A stretch of DNA of 62,393 bases, counting the filler, from Catajapyx aquilonaris (Eukaryota): the NCBI GenBank assembly GCA_000934665.2. It is 2 parts of 2 records of this genome, joined end to end, with 100 filler letters (N's around TTAATTAATTAA, not from the genome) between each part and the next. Parts side by side here need not be neighbours in the genome. Positions count along the whole stretch, not along the records: positions 1 to 31,168 come from KZ539174.1; 1 more part is not named here. The stretch is one strand, 5' to 3'. The position numbers and the translations under genes were made by a program. Of the stretch, positions 12,901 through 27,200 are shown piece by piece. Every line of letters begins with the position of its first letter. Position 1 is the stretch's first letter. The notes beneath the pieces were generated by a model. The model saw nothing but the letters and a program-made list of their open reading frames with translations, was not told the origin of the DNA and searched no databases.

Positions 12901-15900
12901 ACTGGGTCACCGTCCAGAAGAATGGGGGATGTGCATGAATGAGGCAAAATGGCAGGCCGCGATGGCCGTGATGAAATGCATTCCAGCCGAGGTCGCCGCT
13001 TTGGGTAGCCCCCCCCCCCCTTCCCCCCCCAAAAAAGGCGTGCTTCACGCTTCTTACCCTTCCACGATTTGTGCATGATGTAAGAAGCTTGGCATTACGT
13101 GTGACTGCTGACTTGGTGTTGCGGGTCATGCCGGTCATTCGATGTTTGAGAACTTTTTGCAGCCACTTGTTGTTGACAGGCGGCCATTTTTTTATGCGAA
13201 GGGGGGCGTGGGAGGCCATTTATACACGCGTAATTAAATTGCGCACTGGCAGCACTATGCGTCGTAAAATATATGGGGCCATATCCAAGGGTCACTGGCT
13301 ACTCAAACCGCGCATGACTCGAGCAGACGGGGCCAGACGGACCACTGACCTAGACCTACAGGTCATTCAAGGTGGACCGTGGTCATCAGATGCTACGCCT
13401 CCAAACAGGAGTTTCCACGTAGTAAACTTGCATCTTTTTTTTTTTTCATCTCCATATTCAGAAGGAAGGTATGGCTAGTTAGCAATGGGACTGTTGAGGC
13501 GCCCACACAAAACCACTTTCGAAAGGGGGGAGAACTTGCATAAAGCAGGCCGCTTCACCTTGTGGAATCCTGCTCAATCCACTATACGCTACCGACCGGG
13601 AGGCCTCTTGTGGATTCAGAGGACGATGACACTTCAGGGGGAGGAAAAGAGGAGGGGAGGAGGGATAATAGGATGGGGTGGGTTTGAGTGGGAGTTTGTT
13701 TCCTGCGTTTCATTCAGCGAAGGAGTAGTTGTTATTGCCCCCAGCGGCCATTTTGGATCAGGAGATTTATTGTCCAAGGGGGGGGTTTCAGTTTTGGGAG
13801 GTTTGTATTCGTCATGGGTGAAGATCGACTGGAATAGCTGGACTTGACCGCAGAATGGCAGGGACAGATCATTCATGGATGAGCCTGAAAGAGAATATAG
13901 ATTTGTAGGTAAATAGAGCGCTTGTATAGACATATAAGCGAGCAGAAATAGAGAAAATGATCGAATTGATTGTAGGCAAGGTCGTGTGATAGAAATTCAT
14001 CCGGGTTTTGTTGACGAGCAATATGTTGAGCCAGGAATCATCCTGTAAGTCGAGTATACATATACACTGCATATCAGAAGATAAATGCAATAATAAGAAA
14101 TGGTACACAGCACACTTTCCGGAAGAGATGATATATTCAAAGACCCAAACGTTGCAACAGCAGAATGCAGCAGGGATTCCCCCAGTGATTGGGCCAGAGA
14201 TCAAGTAGTAGTCGGGCAAATAGTGCAGTAATTTTTTGTGGACATGTATGAATGTTGTTCAACGTTAAAGTGAAAAGGTTATCATTAGACCCGGACGTCA
14301 GCGTGCAAAACCGGTTAAATAGACCTGTAGCACAAATTATGCAGCTGCCAATGATACGTTACGGAGTGAAAACAACGACGCGTGACTTTTTGTCATTGGT
14401 TAAACTAAACATGTTGAAAATAAAACCGCTCTTTGATGTAATCGTCGGTAGTGAAAATGCGGGTTTTCCACTTTAAATCGGAAATAGACCAAAAATGCCT
14501 TTTTTGGCGGGCACTTACAACACTAGTCTGGCACTAAATGGTATGTTGTATGGGTAAGGTGTATGGGGCGTTACACAGTACAGTACAATAGCTTCAGACC
14601 ATAAAACCTAGACGTGTTTGGCGAGCGTGTTTTCAAACGCAGTAGCAGCCTTGATGAAATAGCTTTCGTTCCCTTAACCCTGGAACCGTGCCGTGCCTGA
14701 AAGTTAAGTTAACCGTGTCGTGCGGTCTTTTAGGACCCCACGCCATATTTTTTATTAATTTTTATATAATACTTTTCAATGTATTGACTATATGCAACCA
14801 TTCTTTGAACAATGCCTAAAATGATCGCTAATTCAAAATAAACCTGCACTTCCTGTTATATACTTTTTTTAAAAAATGGCAAACAGTTAATTGTAATGCA
14901 TTTTAATTCCTTTGGGGTCCGAAAAGACCACACGGCACTGTTCCAGGGTTAAGTTGGGGAACCGAGTTTTCACCTAATTGGAGTTTTAGTCTTAAAATCG
15001 TCATGCATGAAAATTATCTGAAACACGTAGAAGATACTTCTGCATGTCAGCAGGAAACAGTTTCAAAAATGGACAGGAACTGGGGGTGAAGACACTCCAA
15101 ATGATTGTCTCGCCCTCGCCAAGTGACACTAACCGTGTGAATATTAGCAACCACAGATATACAGGGTTATAGTTTTTAAAGTATAGTCCAAGGGCCATGA
15201 TAATGAGAACCTCCCGTTTTATTGCTCACATGATTGTAGCCTTAGGGTGTTGATGGGTGGGCGTAAGGGCGGGGATATCGTTCATACTTTGTGGCGGCCT
15301 CATCCTGTGATCTGTTTATTTGGCATACTGCTGATAGTATTTTGCGTAAGCTACAAATCGGCAGTTTGTTTTACTCAGCCCCCCCCCCCCCCCCCCCCCN
15401 AATCGACCGTGTTCTTGGTCTTGTATTTGTTTACACGGGTTTTTTTGTGTGTGTGTGTATTTGTTTAGGAAATGAGAGTGATTTATTAAGCTCGCCTGTC
15501 CAGGAGTTCAGTTATGAAATATTTGTCGTTTCAGTTGTAGACGAGGGCATCAACCTTTGCTTATGGTCTTGATCTTTGAACTGGACCATTTGTTAACTGT
15601 TTTTTTTTCTCTCTCTGCCCGCCAGTCATACTATCGAGTCCTCCCGCCGGGCTGTAAACGATAAGAGCCCCATTGCTTCCTGATAACGTCATGCAGAAAT
15701 TAATAAAACCGTTCTTTATGGACGTGCGAAGTAGTTATGTGGCACGGCGCGCACATGTTTACCCTTCCCCTTCCCCCGCGCAATATTTGAATGTTTAACA
15801 ACCCTTCCAATCACGTAATACATCGGAGGCGTCGGGGGGGTTTATCAACAACCGATTTGCTTACACGCTCTCGAACACGTCTGGGATCGATGACAGCAGC

Positions 15901-18254
15901 GGTGAAAGGGTGCCTTTGATTCCGGCTCGTGACCCTCAACTGTGAAGTGGGCTCTTGAAAATCCAGGATCCAGCTTTCAAAGTCAGGGATTCGAACTTGC
16001 AGTGACCACCTTGGGCATGTTGGTGACTTGACCCCCGTGCGATTTTGAGTAGGAAGCAAGGTGGAATCGGTGCTGAAATAGAGTAATGCGATGTCTGGTG
16101 TTGATGAGGGTTGTGGTCACGATCCATCCGACGTGGGCGTGGGAAGGTTCCCGTGAACTGGATTTTTTCTTGTGTTCCTCGTCGGCCGATGTCAGAAGGG
16201 TTTTTAAAGTGGTCTAGAAGGGAGGGGCTTTCAAGTGGGTGCATAGGAATGGGCAAGCCGACGGTTCATTAGCGCCCCCTCCCCCCCTCTCACCCCGAAA
16301 AGTTGAATGCTGAACGGCCTTGTACCTTTGGGGGTCAGCCACGCAGCTGCCTTTAATTTTTGGCAGAACGAAAAAAAAAATGCGGTGATTTTCATAAAAC
16401 ATGTACGTATTTGCTTGTGAGAAGAGATTTAAAAAACCTGCATTTTAAGTAATATACGGCGCCATCCAATTTATAAGGCACCCTATCTGTATTTATGAAA
16501 TTTGTATGACTTATGATGTGGTCACAAAATAATAAACTTCCCAGGCTGTGTGGTTACAAATGTTAAACCGAAATATATTATTGGATTGATAACTTAATCT
16601 AAGCATGTAATTCATATGTGCAGGATGGGACATGCTGTGATTGGTGCTTTATGATTGGGACACCTGATGATCATAATATTGGAATGAATGACCTGGACTA
16701 TTTATTAAATATGCTTTATGATATATCGTGTGACATAAATAAATGGGGTCAACCCCGTGGCTTAACTTACGTACAAAAATTATTAGATTTTGGAGATAAG
16801 CGTTTCAGAATATAGAGATGCCTTCAGAGCCCTGTAGGACTCGGAACCTGTATGACAATTGCTATACAGTGGCCAGTGAGGTAAACGTGGCACTCAGATC
16901 GACAGTGGAGGAGGCACTGGGGTTTATGCATGGTTACCTTTGGTCTCCATTGATTACTACCAAAGCTAATGGTCCAGTCAGAGCGTTTGTTCCGCCGTCC
17001 TCTTGACTAATGCAATTCGCTCCAATTGGTCCATTGGGTATGGAGTCCTCCAAAAAAGCACCGGATAAGAAAGTGCTGAATTCTATGTTGGGTAAGGAAG
17101 TGTTGATGAAAAGTTTCTTTACAGTATGGTAACATGTCCAAGTGGTGGGAAAAATTGCAAAAATATCAGTGGCTTTTGATACAAAAGTTGACTTATCAAA
17201 TGGAATGGTGTGGACTGTGAACTGTAATTTAAAACTTTATTAAGCACCTGGATTGATTGTACTTCTTTTTGCTGTATATCTGCGTAATTCAACAGTCATT
17301 TTTGACATGTGCCAGATAACATGCCATGTTGCAGCAGCTTACTGTTAACTTGCCTCACAGAAGTGACATTATGATATATATGCTATGTCACAATCAGCTC
17401 CACAAGATAAATGATATCTTGGCATTCCCCTAGATCAAATAGTAGTGGATGCTTCCTACTTTGTCAATAGTCTTAACTCTATCTTGACATATTTTAGTGA
17501 TGCAATGAGACCTGCATTTCCTTTATTTAGGTCCGCCTTGAGAGCATAGGAGCTGAAGATATTGTGGATGGAAATCCTCGACTGATCCTGGGACTCATCT
17601 GGACAATCATCCTCAGGTTCCAGATTCAAGAGATTGAAATAGATGTGGTATGGAATGGCATCCTTGAAGACATGCCTATGCATATATTGCTTTTTTTCTG
17701 GTCAAGTTATGCATGACCTTGTTTTTTTTTTTTTTTAAAGGATGAGGACAATGAGAGCAGTGAGAAGAAGTCAGCCAAAGATGCTCTATTGTTGTGGTGC
17801 CAACGAAAAACCAATGGATACTCAGGTGTTAACATCCAGGACTTCACAGGTGAGTGATGACAGGAACTCCAGGGTGTGATGGATCAGCCCTAGTGAAGGT
17901 TCAGTGATTACAAGCACTTTATTTTTCGCATTGACAGGGTCATGGAGGAGTGGCCTGGGATTCAATGCCCTCATTCATGCCCACCGACCTGACCTGATCG
18001 ATTACGCTGCCCTCCAGCATGCTAGGCATATTGACAACCTCAACAATGCCTTTGATGTGGCCCAACAAGAATTGGGGATACCAAGGCTGCTTGATGCTGA
18101 AGGTAAAATTTGCATATGAAAGAATATGTAATAGTAACTTTTTTGAATTGGGACTTGGTCGAATTTGTCAGAGGTGAAAATTTTAAATACTGGATGTGTG
18201 AATAAAACAATCTGTAATGTGTGTGTTATTCAAAATTACTTGGATTTCTTGAAC

Positions 18255-18291
<37 letters not shown>

Positions 18292-21200
18292 TGACAAATT
18301 GCAGAAGCTTGCATGTCTTATTGTTTCTGTTAAAGAATGGCACTGTCATAACAATGGCCAACAATGACAGTCAGCAATGTCAACAGTGAAACTGGCAGAG
18401 GCTTGTGACTTCAGTGTCTTTCCTTGGTTGGAACAATAATAATACAGTAGAAAGCATCAGCATGCACATGCTACTTGGCATTCATCTTCACTTTGTGAAC
18501 AATAATTTTGTCAACATACAGACCAGTAGTGATTAAATTTTTTTTCACCACTGCTGAAAGTCCCCTGTTTGAAGAACTAACTTGTAATGAACAGGAAGCA
18601 CAGTTATTTGATTTGCATTTTTCAGACATTGACACTGCCAAACCTGATGAGAAATCCATTATTACGTATGTTGCATCTTACTACCACACCTTTGCCCGGA
18701 TGAAGAATGAGATGAAAGGTGGAAGGAGAATTGCCAATGTGAGAATTGTCTGTGCTGCTGGTCTTGTGGCACATTTGTTATACCCCCTTTTATTGTGCAG
18801 ATTGTGGGACAGATGATGGATGCAGATAAGCTGAAAGGGAGCTATGAAAGACTGACAACGGATCTGCTAGACTGGATCCGAAAAAAGGTGACTGAACTTG
18901 AGGACCGGAACTTCCCAAACTCCCTGGAGGGGATTCAGAAGGAACTTCTCAAGTTTAAGCAGTATAGGACAGTAGAGAAGCCACCCAAGTAAGTCAGAGT
19001 AAATTAGGAGTGACATTGTAACTGCTCAAAGGGATGCATATTTTGACTTTATTATTATAATTTCTCTCTCCACATTTGCTTAGCATATGTATTATAACTA
19101 ATCTCTATTTTTCTGATAGGGACTCTGGGGATAAAAGTTGTAGATGCTGTGGGGTCTGGAAACAAGTTGCAGAGAGAACACCTCCAATGTTTTGCTGTGT
19201 TTCAGTAATTTTTAATGGAGGTGTAAGCTAATAATATCAGAAGTGAAACTGAAACTCAGTTTTTCCTTTTACTATCTTGAGTGGTGAATATTTGAGTTTG
19301 AAAATTGGGATCCATGACTTTTCAACAGAAAAATGGCCATTAGGGGAAGTTGGAAAATGCATCATATTACTTCAGTGGTAGATGATCCCCAATTATTTTG
19401 ATTATGTATTTTTCTGTGAAAGTTGCATGCAATTAAATTGATGTTGTACCCTGCTGGTTATGAATTATGTGCAACTCAGTATATTGGCCATTTTCTACTA
19501 TAGCTAGAAAAATAAAAAGATTATCTGCATGTCAAACTTCCTACTGTGGTCATGCTAAGTTTAAATTGCTTCAGTATGATGTCGATAACATGAAGATGTG
19601 ATATGGCTCATACCACTTGGCAATCTGAACTAAGCCTGTCAGGCTTGCTTACTTTCAACTCTGTTCCACTCAATGGCATATAATTGACTGCAGTAGTAGG
19701 TGTGCTAGAGCTGTGTGTACATGTGTGTGATTTGATGAGCAAATTCTTCACCAAGCGATAATATCGCTGAGTAACCCGAGTAACCAATATTGTTTGAGGT
19801 GAAAGTAACAATCGATTTTCGCCTCAAGCAATACTGGTTACTCAGTAATGCTATCGCTCGGCAATCACCCATCAAACCGCTCACATGTAAACGCTGCTTA
19901 ATGTAGAAAGCATATATAAAAATTTGTACCAACATTGTGGAGTTACATAACTTTAAAATAAAGTTTGAGATGTTTACTCAGATGTTGTGCCAACAGTCAC
20001 TGCACTGGAATTTACCACATGATTAACTCACTACCTGTCAGGTACAAGGAACGCAGTGATGTGGAGGCGCTCTTCTTCAACATCAACACGAAGTTGAAGT
20101 CTCTGAACCAGCCGATATATCTTCCCCCAGACGGGAAACTTATCCATGACATAGAGAGTGCATGGCAAAAGCTAGAAAAGGCAGAGCATCTCAGGGAAGT
20201 AGCGTTGAGGGAGGAACTGTTACGACAGGAGAGGCTTGAGCAGTTGGCATATAAGTTTGAGAGGAAGGTAAGATTAACAAACCTCTTATAGATAATTTTT
20301 ACTATGGTAGAACTGGCATTTTCTTATTTGCAGAGTGTGCTGCGTGAAGGGTACCTAAAGGAGATGATTCAGGTGCTGTCTGATCCCAGGTATGGGAGTA
20401 ATGTAGGCCAAGTGGAAGCTACTGTCAAGAAGCATGAAGCTATCAGTGCAGATATTCTGGCTCGGGTAAGAAAATTGATTTTGAAATATCAGATTTAGCT
20501 GGCAGTGACAAACACAACACTTAGCTGCATTTACATGTGAGCGACTCGCTGTGTACACACTATTTGTCGCTAGCTACTCCATTTTTTTGGCAGTGCCTTG
20601 TTTTAATGAATAAATGAAGGAACAATAGAGCTAGGAGGACACCAAAGTTAAAGTTAATTTGACAGTTAACTGAATTAAATATGATAACACCTTGGACAAT
20701 GAATTTCTGTGGGGTTAGCTAAAAATTGCTGGCACAACACTTATTTGTTACATAGCAGGACATTGATTTTAATAATGAACGTGAGGGGCCACACAAACCC
20801 GAAAACTGAGTTAAAATTAATTACAAAAAACCTACCACTGAATTTTAAAAAATGATGGCTTGTGGACTTTTTCAGAAATTGCTACACTTTGGTATACAAC
20901 ATTGAACGGTGTTATTTATAAACAAATAAATGTGACAACATGTCTCGTTAGACCTCAGTCCAATGTGTTATGATAAAAAGTTCAATTCAATTAATGTGAA
21001 ATGGTTTTTAAAATCCCTTCATTCAAAAATGCAGAGAAAATCCAACATCTGCAAGCCATGATAAACATTTTTAAATTCAATGGTAGATTTTTTGTAATTG
21101 AACCATGGAAAGCAAAACCGAACTAACTCCAGCGAGGGGAAAAAAGGACTTGTGCACTTCTTGCACTGACCCCTCGGAAAGCATAGAAGGGACCATCACA

Positions 21201-24200
21201 TATGCATGGAATTTGTAGGGAAGTTGCAGCCGGCGATTAAACACCCATCCACGTTGAAACTATGCTTGTCGGACATGTAGGTGCTGCATGGCACACCTTT
21301 GTAGTGACCCCCTCCCCACGAAGCCCTCTTGGAGTTGTTTCGGTTTTCTCTTCCATGGTGTGTGGAATACAAAAGTAAGCTAGCTAGCTCCAATGGATTA
21401 AATTCATTGGAGTTAGCATACTTTTGTATTCCCTATGCCATGGAAGAGAAACCCAAAACAACTCCCCTCGAAATCTATTGGAGTTAGCTTACTTTTGTAT
21501 TCCACACTCCATGGAAGAGAGAACCAAAATAACTCCTAGAGGGCTTCGTGGGGAGGGGGTTACTGCAAATGTGTGTTGTGCAATACCTATATGTCCGACA
21601 AGCATAGTTTCAACGTGGATGGGTGTTGAATCGCCTTCTGCAACTTCCCTGCAAATTCCATGCATGTGTGATGGTCCCTTCTATGCTTTCTGAGGGGTCA
21701 GTGCAAGAAGTTCCCTGCACTGGAGTTAGCTCGGTTTTGCTTTCCATGGTTCAATTAATTTTAATAGTGTTCGGCCCTGAGGTTCATCATCAAAATTGAC
21801 CTGCTAAGTAACAAATCAACTTACTGGCAGGAATTTTTACCAGATCCCTCAGAAATTAACTGTCCAAGGTGTAATCATATTTATTTCAGTTAAAAGTCAA
21901 ATTAACTAACTTTAGTGTCCTCCTAGCTCTATTGTTACAATTCATAATTATACATTTTTTTGGGGTAATACCTGGTGATAGGGCCTTGGGCCCTTTTAGG
22001 GGGGGGGGAAGGGGAGGTTCCCAAGGGAGGGCACTCTTAATTAGTTTCTAGTAATATCTGACCCTCTTAAATACCAGAACTTTTTTATTGGCCCTGAGCA
22101 GAGAATGGAGTGCAAGTCTGCCCAGACATGTTGGGTGAAAAGGGGAAAGAGACCCAACCAAGGGAAGGTGACGGGACGAGATTTGAACCCTGCACCTTCC
22201 GCTTGGCTGGCCAGTAGCATAGCCACTAGACCACCATGCCCTTCTCATAATTATCCATTCTAAAGTCCAGATAATCTTAATTGAGATTTTTTATCACATT
22301 TTGTTTTATTACCCTGCCAATCTACTTTTTTGGGGGCGAACGAAGTATTTTGTGGCTAGGAAAGTACATACATGACACAGGGCCCAAAGGCCCCCCCAGA
22401 CATAGTACACCAGGAGGTCACCTCCAACCCAACTGCCCTGTTTCCTATCCCAGCTCTGTCTCACCCTTCTGTAGCTCCGTCGCTCCATGCTACAGTTCCG
22501 TCACACCCTGCTCCGGCTTTATCAAAACCAGATCCAGGCCCTTCCCAGGGGGCAACCCCTTCCCTGCCCACCAGCTGACCTTCCATTTATTCCTTACGGA
22601 GTTCTGCCCTCTAGGCCAGACATAACCCAGGTAACATCGCAATCCTGTCAATCAATTTCTTCATTTGGCTTGGTATGTGATGATAGCTAACACCAAAATG
22701 AACCTTTATTTCATCAGAGGGAGAGATTCCATGACTTGACCAACATGGCAGAGGAGTTGCTGCAGGAGAACTATCATGGCAAGGACCGCATCAAGAGCAG
22801 GGAACGGGAAATTCTGGAAAAATGGCAACAGCTTCTGGACCTTCTTGAAAAGCATAAGGTCAACTTGAACACTAGCAGTAACCTAATGACTATGCTGAGG
22901 GAGACTGACACTATCATGGGTACCATCAAGGATCTGGAAGTAAGACATTAAATAAATACTGCATGGATGCTGTGACTGATTCTTTTTTATCTCAGGACAG
23001 CTTTTGTTCGTCGGATGTGGGCCCTCATCTGCTGGCAGTTGAGGACCTCCTGCAGAAGCACAATCTGCAGGAATCTGAAGCAGCTTCAATGGGAGAGACC
23101 ATCAAGAGGTTGAACAGGCAGGGGCAACAATTTATTACTGCTGGGCACAAAGAAGCTCCTGCACTACAGAAGAAGCTGGAGACTCTTAATGCAGAGTATG
23201 AAAAGTAAGTCCTTGAAAGACCACTTCCTTGATTGCTACTCAGAAGTCCTTTTTATGCCTGATAGCATGGGTGGGATTCCAATAAGGAAAGTGGGGAATG
23301 GGGCTAAAATCCAATAAGCCAGTTGTCTCCAGAGGTCTTGAGGTTGGGATGACAGCCATGAGTAATATGAATAGGATAATAATGAAGTTAGCAATGGATG
23401 TGTGCCAGTGTTTTTGTTCATGTGATCAAGGTTAGAACTTCCATAAGTAGCAGGGGCTGAGGAAAAGAGTGCATAGACTGAACTTGTTTTTCTTTATTTA
23501 TTTTTTATTTTTTTACAAAGTTGAAGTCCAACTGCTGAAGGTAGCACTGTCATCTCATTTTACAGTTCTGTTCCAATTATTCCCATCTCAGTCTTGACTG
23601 ATTTATATGGATGTTAATAGTTACAGGAATCCCTGTAACTGACTGCTATTTCCTGTATTCACACTTTTGCATGCGTGATCACAGGGTGTTTGCATAACAA
23701 ACATGCATCAGTGAGCCACTCTGCAGCTATTTTACTAAGGCATAAATATGCAATATAATTACATGTGCTGTACCCCCATGTAGTCATTGTATACACAAGC
23801 CATTATTCCGTCCCTCACCTTGACATTGTTCATGCAACAGATTATGGAAACTGCACCCAATGTGGATGGGGTTAATTTTTGAGTGGCCTGTAAATTTTGG
23901 GATGCCACAAAGAGACTGTCCTTCATATTACACTGGGCCGAATTTTCGTCTTTTTATTAGCCACTATTAGTCACTGTTTAGATGTTGTGACTATTATCTT
24001 AGGACGGATGGAATTTTCGAGCTTCTGGTTAGGCACTACTGAACAAGGAACTGAGTAGTTAATAGAGAGTTAATAGGTAAGTGAGGTCAGACACTGAGGG
24101 TGTCTCTAAGTTACCCCGTCATATGAGAAATGGCCTACACGGTGATGACTGTTCGACTGGTAGATCGCGTTCGGCGCCTTTGACACGTTTTACTGGTGCC

Positions 24201-27200
24201 GATGAGCTACTTGCCCATCCTGGATCCTTTCATGAGATACAGGCTGATACAGCATCCAACCACTTTTGTATGCCAGTCTGCATATACAGGTGTTCCAAGT
24301 TTGTGGGTCATTTTATTTATAACTGATATTGCCCGAAGAAGTTATTTTTTGTTACTTGTTGTGCCTCTCATCCCAGATGGTCCCTCATTGGAGAGGGAAA
24401 ATAAGTTATTTAAATAGCTGTTGCTAAAAATACCTGTAAGGATCACACCTCTCCCCAGAAGTTTGCCATACCTGGGAGTAAATTTGGTGCAACAGGATAG
24501 GGCCGCAACAGGCTACAAAAAAATTACTACTTCTGGCAATATTAGTTATAAATAAAAACTACCCACGAACTTGGATCACTGCTGTATATGCATAAAATAA
24601 TGGTGTTCTAGGTTCATGGTTTGTTTTCAGCTAACACTAATATCACCCGAAGTAGTTATTTTTGGGTAGCTAACGTAGCTTGTTATGCGACAAACTTTTG
24701 GGGATAGGTGATGACAGCTATCTGGCCAATGCGAGCAAAAAGAAGTTGCGAGCAAAAAGAAGTTGCTGACATGTAATGGTTATGCTTGTGCTAAAATGGT
24801 GGCAGTTATTAATGCCATTATTGTGCCTAAAACTCTACCTTGGTATTGTTTAAAAGTATAATTTATTAGCTTGCAGAAGCTGTGCAAAGGACGGTGGGCC
24901 AAGTTGGAGGACTCTCGAAACTTTTACCAATTTCTTCAGGACCATGAAGAAGAAGAGTCTTGGGTAATAGAAAAACAGAGGATCTGCAGGACTGGGATTG
25001 TTGCCAAAGACTTGCGAGCTGTACTGAGCCTGCAACAGAAACACAAGGTGTGTATTTAAAAAAAATTAAAACAAATTGTACAACTAACCTACTTACACCC
25101 TTATTTGCACGATTGATTGTATGTTGCATGCTACACTTTTCACCCAACTGAAGCCAGCTGCTAAGGTAGTTTAGCATCGAATTTGTATTGATCGTCAAGT
25201 TGGTTAATGTTTTTGTGTTCATTGTAGGCCATGGTGGACGAAGTACATGCGAGAAGGCCCAGATCGGACAAGGTTATGGATGTTGGACGTGAGCTTGTTC
25301 AGTCTAAGCATCCAGAGAGTGAGACCATTAAGGTGTGCATAGACAGCTTGGAGAAGAAGTGGAAAGAACTAATGGACTTAGTTGGAATGAGGCAGAAACA
25401 ACTACAGGATGCTGGAGAAGCCTACCAGGTAAATATTTCTCTTCTGAGTGTTTCAGAATTGAGGTTCAATATATAGGTCTGCATGTGGAAATTTTGTGGA
25501 TACCTTCTCCTGTGACCTCTCAATCAAGTTTGGCATGAAATTGTACATACTCGAGGAATGCCCACTAACCATTTTCCCGCGAACTCTTTTTGACTGGAGG
25601 GGGAAGGGGGGGGGGGGNNNNNNNNNNNNATGTGTCAAATGATCTGAAACAAAGTATGACAAACATGTTAGTGGGAAGAAAGATCTGGTCATAATTGACT
25701 CCAACAAGATGGCAGGAAAAACATTTCCAAGCCTGTGGGCTGACTGGAGTTTGTGCAGCAGTAATTTGAACGGGGGCATTAACAAGATCAGGATCAAACT
25801 AGGAAGGGAAAAAGCCATCCCCTCCATCCCCTAATAATTCCAAACCCTGTGTTTCACAATTAGTCTTGCATTTGTATCAGTAAAGATATAGTGGATAGTT
25901 CACGGCAAGAACATGCGCGAATTTGAATATTTTTGCTGTATGAGCTCCTTTAATTCCGTAAGTACGGCAAAAATATTCAAATTCGCTCGTGTTCTTGCCG
26001 TGAACTGCACGGCCTGGCCGCCAAAACCATCAAAGATGGCGGACCTTTACAGTCCGCCTGTACCTCATTTATCCCTCGTTGGCGCTGGCCAGCGATTCGC
26101 GACTGGATGCAGGTGTTGTGGCTTCGGAACATCGCCTTTTGGCTGTATTTTTACCCTGCTTACGTGGAAATTAGCAGCGGAGGTGATGTTTTCTCAACAC
26201 TCGAGGCCAAGCAGAATTAGAAAATCCAAAAATTTTCAAAATTCAGGAGGGTAAGAAGAGTTACTTTGGTTGTTAGAATATATGGCCTTGCGCCTGCTAG
26301 AGGGTCGCATGGTGCTACAGAGACAGTCAAAATTGCTTTCCTGCTACCTTGAGCAGCATCAGTGGCATCTTGCGACCAGAACACCCACTTTTGCTAGGAC
26401 GTTGAAAATACAACCATAAATTGATGATGATGATGATGATGATGGTATATAAAATATATAATAAGACAAGGCAAGAAATAAAGGGCAAGGCATTGTGGTT
26501 TAGAGGTTCTGTTACTGGCCAACTGAAGGGGAGATCTGGGGTTCATATCTTATCCCCATCACTTTCACTTGGGTAGGTCTTTCTCCTCTTTTCACCTGAC
26601 ATGCCTGGGGAAATTGCTGCACTTTCTTCTCTTCCCAGGCCTATGAAAAAACGTCGGGATTTTAGAGGGTCCAAAATGACTCGAACTATTCTTATTATTA
26701 AGAAGCAATATCTTTCTCCTGGATCACTGCTGATACTTTTAAATACAGTATTTAGAAAGAGAGTATGGTCCTCCTCTTAGTCAAATTAAATTAACACAAT
26801 TTTTAATGTACTCACAGTTCTATGCTGATGCAAATGAAGCTGATTCATGGATCAAAGAAAAGATGCCTTTAGTGAGCTCCCAAGATTATGGAGAAGATGA
26901 GCCATCAGCCCAAGCTCTCCTACAGCGTCACAGGGACCTGGAAGGCGAAATTAAGGCATACACTGGGGACATACAAGGACTTAACTCTCAGGCCAATGCC
27001 TTGATCCAAGCAGGAATCAATTCCCTGGAGCTGCAGGAGCAGCCTGTGGCTGAACTACAGGAACCACAGGAAGAGATGGTGAATGAAGTACAGCTGGTAC
27101 CTGTGGAAGTGTGGGAAGAAGGTACTAATTGTTTTATTCACGAGTATAATTTTACTTATGCCTCCTGCATGTTTTGAATTATGATAGTTTCAGCATTTAA

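Larger units (their letters stand above)
20621..21936. mobile_element. Outer TIR element containing two nested palindromic MITEs
   Basis: Arms of ~110 bp: aacaatagagctaggaggacac... (from 20621) / ...gtgtcctcctagctctattgtt (to 21936). Confidence 0.8.

Noticed and set aside
16618..17006. Two adjacent protein-looking ORFs in a spectrin intron
   Set aside because: No recognisable family or convincing splice structure; cannot be supported without a search.
22160..22241. Functional tRNA gene
   Set aside because: A and B boxes are present but I could not form a clean cloverleaf, and it continues into a body shared with a second dispersed copy, i.e. a SINE.
24730..24766. 17-nt direct tandem duplication
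   Set aside because: Ordinary slippage duplication in an intron; nothing between the copies to indicate a TSD.
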